From positions 336,470 to 400,469 of the forward strand of contig NZ_JAAAPJ010000005.1 of NCBI RefSeq assembly GCF_009909145.1: a stretch of 64,000 nucleotides of DNA, read 5' to 3'. The notes beneath the pieces were generated by a model, which did no database searches, was not told where the DNA came from, and saw nothing but the letters and a program-made list of their open reading frames with translations. This DNA comes from Corallococcus silvisoli (GTDB lineage Bacteria > Myxococcota > Myxococcia > Myxococcales > Myxococcaceae). The translations under genes were made by a program, and so were the position numbers. Numbering within the stretch: the stretch's first letter is position 1; each line of letters opens with the position of its first letter. Shown one piece after another: positions 61,607 to 64,000 of the stretch.

Positions 61607-63993
61607 GGTGTCTCCTCCGCGACCCCGGAGGCCTGACCGACGCCCTGCGCGTCGCCCAGCCCGTAGAGGCCCTGCAGGCGGTCCTTCCATTCCCGAACCT
61701 GGGCGGCGCGGGGGCCCACGCCCGAGGCCAGGTAGCGGCGCCAGGCGTCCACGGCCTCGGCGGGTTCGTGGCGGCGGTCCTGCGCGTCGATGCCAAGGTT
61801 GAGCGCGGCGATGGGGACGGCCGTCTCCAGGCGCTTCCACGCCGTCAGCGCCGCCGCCGTCTCGCCCTGGCGCCAGTCCACGCAGGCCAGGTTGTGCTGC
61901 ACGAGCGCGTCGTCGGGCGTGGCGGCCAGCGCGGCCTTCAGCGCCTTCTCCGACGCCTTCATGTTGCCGGAGGCGTACGCGAGCGCCGCCTCGCGCCGGA
62001 GCAGCGCGCCGGTGAGGTTGCCCATCCAGCGGGGCTGCCCGGGCATGGGCTTCTTCTGGGCGGTGGTGAGCAGCTTGCGCGAGGGCGCCACCTTCCCCTG
62101 GCGGTACAGCACCCACGCGTCCGCGAGCGGGCGCGTGTTGGGCCACGCCCACTCCGGGGTCGGCGTGAGCGCGCGCTTGGTGCCGGCGGTGGCGTCCGCG
62201 AACTTGCCCTCCTCCGCGCGCGTGAGCGCCCGGGCGAAGGTGGCCAGCTTCGCCAGGTCCGCGCGCTTGCCGGTGCCCAGGCGGTCCACCGCGTCCAGGT
62301 CCCGGTTCGCCGAGGCCGCGTCGCCGACCTCCAGCTTCGCCAGGGCCCGGCGCACCAGCACGCGCGGCAGGTTCGCCTCCGCCACCTTCGCCGCCGTCTT
62401 GGAGGGCCCCGCGTCCGTCAGCCGCTGCACGGCGGCGTCCACCTGGCCCAGCTCCACCTCCGCGAGCGCGGCACCCGCGGAGGCCTCCGCGCGCTGATCC
62501 GGCTCCTGCGTGGCCTCACCGGACTGGGTGAAGGCGGCGAGCGCGGCCTGCGCGTCCCCGCCGCCCAGCCGGGCGTAGCCCAGGAGCAGGTGCTCGCGCC
62601 AGGTCGCGCCCGGCAGCGTCACCGCGCCCTCCATCACCTTGCGAGCCTCCGCGAACTGGTGGCTGTCCAGGAGCGCCGCGCCCAGCCGGCGGGCCATGGC
62701 CACGGAGCGATCCAGGTCGTACGCGCGGCGCAGGTCGCGCACGGCGTCGTCCAGGCGCTGCGTGCCCGCGCGGTCGCGCGCGCGGTGCGCCAGCGCTCGG
62801 GCCAGCCACTGGCTCGCGCCGGGGTGGCCGGGTTCGACCTGGAGCGCGCTGCTGTAGTCCTCGATGGCCTGGTCCCACTGGCCGGTGGCGAAGTGGTCCG
62901 CCCCCAGCAGCATCCAGCCCAGCGCCTGGCGCGGCGCCATCTCCACCACGCGCCGGTGCACCTCCACCGCGCGCTGATAGCGGCCGGCGCGGCGGTTGAC
63001 GGAGCCCAGCGTCGCCCACAGCTCCAGGCTGCCTCCGCCCGACTTCACCGCCGCCTCCAGGAACTGGATGGCCTCCTCGTGGCGGGCCTGCGCCTGGAGC
63101 GCCTTGCCCACGGCGATCTGCCCCATCAACAGGCCCGGCTGCAGCTCCAGCACCTTGCGGAACTCGGCCTCGGCCTGCGCGGGCTGCTTCTGCGCGAGCC
63201 GCACGTCGCCCAGCAAGAGGTGCGCGGCGGGCGTGGCGCCCAGGTTCACCAGCGCCAGCGCCTGGGCCTCCGCGCGGGGCACGTCCCCCGCGGACAGGTA
63301 CAGCCGCGCGAGGCGCTCCTTCGGCTCCGCCACCTGCGGGAACTTCGTCACCAGCCGCTCCAGCAGCGTGCGGGCCTCCGGGACGCGGCCCTCCAGCTCC
63401 AGCACCGCGGCGAGGCCGATCTGCGCGGTGGCGGACTCCGCCCTCCCCGCCTGGGCCTTCTCGAACGCGGCGCGCGCGGCGGGCGCGTCCCGGCGCAGCA
63501 GGTGCGCCTTGCCCAGCAGCTCGAGGATCTGGAAGTCATTGCCCGCGAGCTTCTCCGGGCGCAGCGACAGGTAGCGCTGGAGCCGCGCCACCGCGCGGTT
63601 CCCGTCCTGCACGTACAGGTAATAGCTGGCCAGGTAGTAGTGGACGATGAGGTGGTCCGGCTGATCCGCGGCGGCCACCTGCTCCAGGAGCGGCACGGCC
63701 TCCTGGAAGCGGCGCAGCTTGAAGTACGCCGTGCCCAGCGGGTACGCGAGCGACAGCTCCGCGCGGTTGCGCTCGAACACCGGCTGGAGGCGCGCGGCCG
63801 TGCGCTGGAAGTCCTGGAGCGCGTTGGCGGCGCTGCCCAGGCCCGCGGCGGCCGTGATGGACTGCGGCTCCTGCGTGAGGGCCTGCTCGAAGAGCTGGAG
63901 CGCCTTCTTGAACTTCTCCTCCGCCTCCTTCTTGTCGCCCTTGGACGCGGCGGCGTTGGCGGACACGAGCGCCTGCTCTCCCTGCTCCGTCAT
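61603..63993 (-). CDS. TPR-repeat protein (N-terminus may lie beyond the window)
   Basis: Repeated A-x3-F/Y-x2-A-L-x-L-x-P 34-residue patterns throughout. First ATG at 63993, but the frame stays open to the window edge. Confidence 0.8.
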   Translation of the reverse strand: MTEQGEQALVSANAAASKGDKKEAEEKFKKALQLFEQALTQEPQSITAAAGLGSAANALQDFQRTAARLQPVFERNRAELSLAYPLGTAYFKLRRFQEAVPLLEQVAAADQPDHLIVHYYLASYYLYVQDGNRAVARLQRYLSLRPEKLAGNDFQILELLGKAHLLRRDAPAARAAFEKAQAGRAESATAQIGLAAVLELEGRVPEARTLLERLVTKFPQVAEPKERLARLYLSAGDVPRAEAQALALVNLGATPAAHLLLGDVRLAQKQPAQAEAEFRKVLELQPGLLMGQIAVGKALQAQARHEEAIQFLEAAVKSGGGSLELWATLGSVNRRAGRYQRAVEVHRRVVEMAPRQALGWMLLGADHFATGQWDQAIEDYSSALQVEPGHPGASQWLARALAHRARDRAGTQRLDDAVRDLRRAYDLDRSVAMARRLGAALLDSHQFAEARKVMEGAVTLPGATWREHLLLGYARLGGGDAQAALAAFTQSGEATQEPDQRAEASAGAALAEVELGQVDAAVQRLTDAGPSKTAAKVAEANLPRVLVRRALAKLEVGDAASANRDLDAVDRLGTGKRADLAKLATFARALTRAEEGKFADATAGTKRALTPTPEWAWPNTRPLADAWVLYRQGKVAPSRKLLTTAQKKPMPGQPRWMGNLTGALLRREAALAYASGNMKASEKALKAALAATPDDALVQHNLACVDWRQGETAAALTAWKRLETAVPIAALNLGIDAQDRRHEPAEAVDAWRRYLASGVGPRAAQVREWKDRLQGLYGLGDAQGVGQASGVAEETP

Positions 63994-64000
63994 GCGCTGG

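Noticed and set aside
1-64000. Search by eye for CRISPR arrays, tRNA/rRNA genes, IS elements, integrases and phage genes
   Set aside because: No spaced direct-repeat arrays. No tRNA-like T-arm (GGTTCGAAT-type) sequences in intergenic regions. No transposase- or integrase-like translations. The short tandem repeats found are all coding and in frame.

Overview
This is a 64-kb, very GC-rich chromosomal segment with strong GC3 bias. Its gene content looks myxobacterial (Myxococcus/Corallococcus-like): an NtrC-type sigma-54 activator, a Hanks kinase, DUF4139 paralogs and many lipoproteins with Pro/Asp/Gly linkers. All domain calls come from motif recognition by eye, not from searches.

I call about 50 protein-coding genes. 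I found no rRNA, tRNA, CRISPR array, transposase or integrase. Many long ORFs in the track are antisense or alternate-frame artefacts of the high GC content.

Recognisable genes include def, menA, a PiT phosphate transporter with its DUF47 partner, an Slt-type lytic transglycosylase, an OYE flavin reductase, a 5'-nucleotidase lipoprotein, an alkyltransferase-like MGMT protein and a VanY-type peptidase. There are also three membrane desaturase-family genes, a MaoC dehydratase, a B12-radical SAM enzyme, a 1430-aa double-cyclase STAND protein, c-type cytochromes and a TonB-dependent receptor.

The best candidate for an undescribed system is a tightly packed six-gene minus-strand operon (6686-13463).
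- It is preceded by a near-consensus sigma-54 promoter (TGGCACAGCCGCTGCT, 13536-13521) and upstream TTCGGCG/palindrome repeats.
- A sigma-54 activator gene with a degenerate receiver domain abuts its 3' end.
- It encodes two proteins with a shared acidic ESEW N-terminal head followed by cationic segments. One has a Gly/Lys-rich amphipathic core and the other a GIY-YIG-like core.
- The other four products are an HExxH protein, a 618-aa orphan, a divergent 8-amino-7-oxononanoate-synthase-like PLP enzyme and an amidohydrolase.

Secondary leads:
- a TonB-dependent receptor co-linear with an RsbW-like ATPase and a STAS-STAS-Hanks kinase;
- a menA-linked multihaem cytochrome/lipoprotein trio;
- a divergent desaturase-like / haem-oxygenase-like pair;
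- two unusually AT-rich intergenic regions carrying candidate small ORFs that both begin MS-x-MKH.
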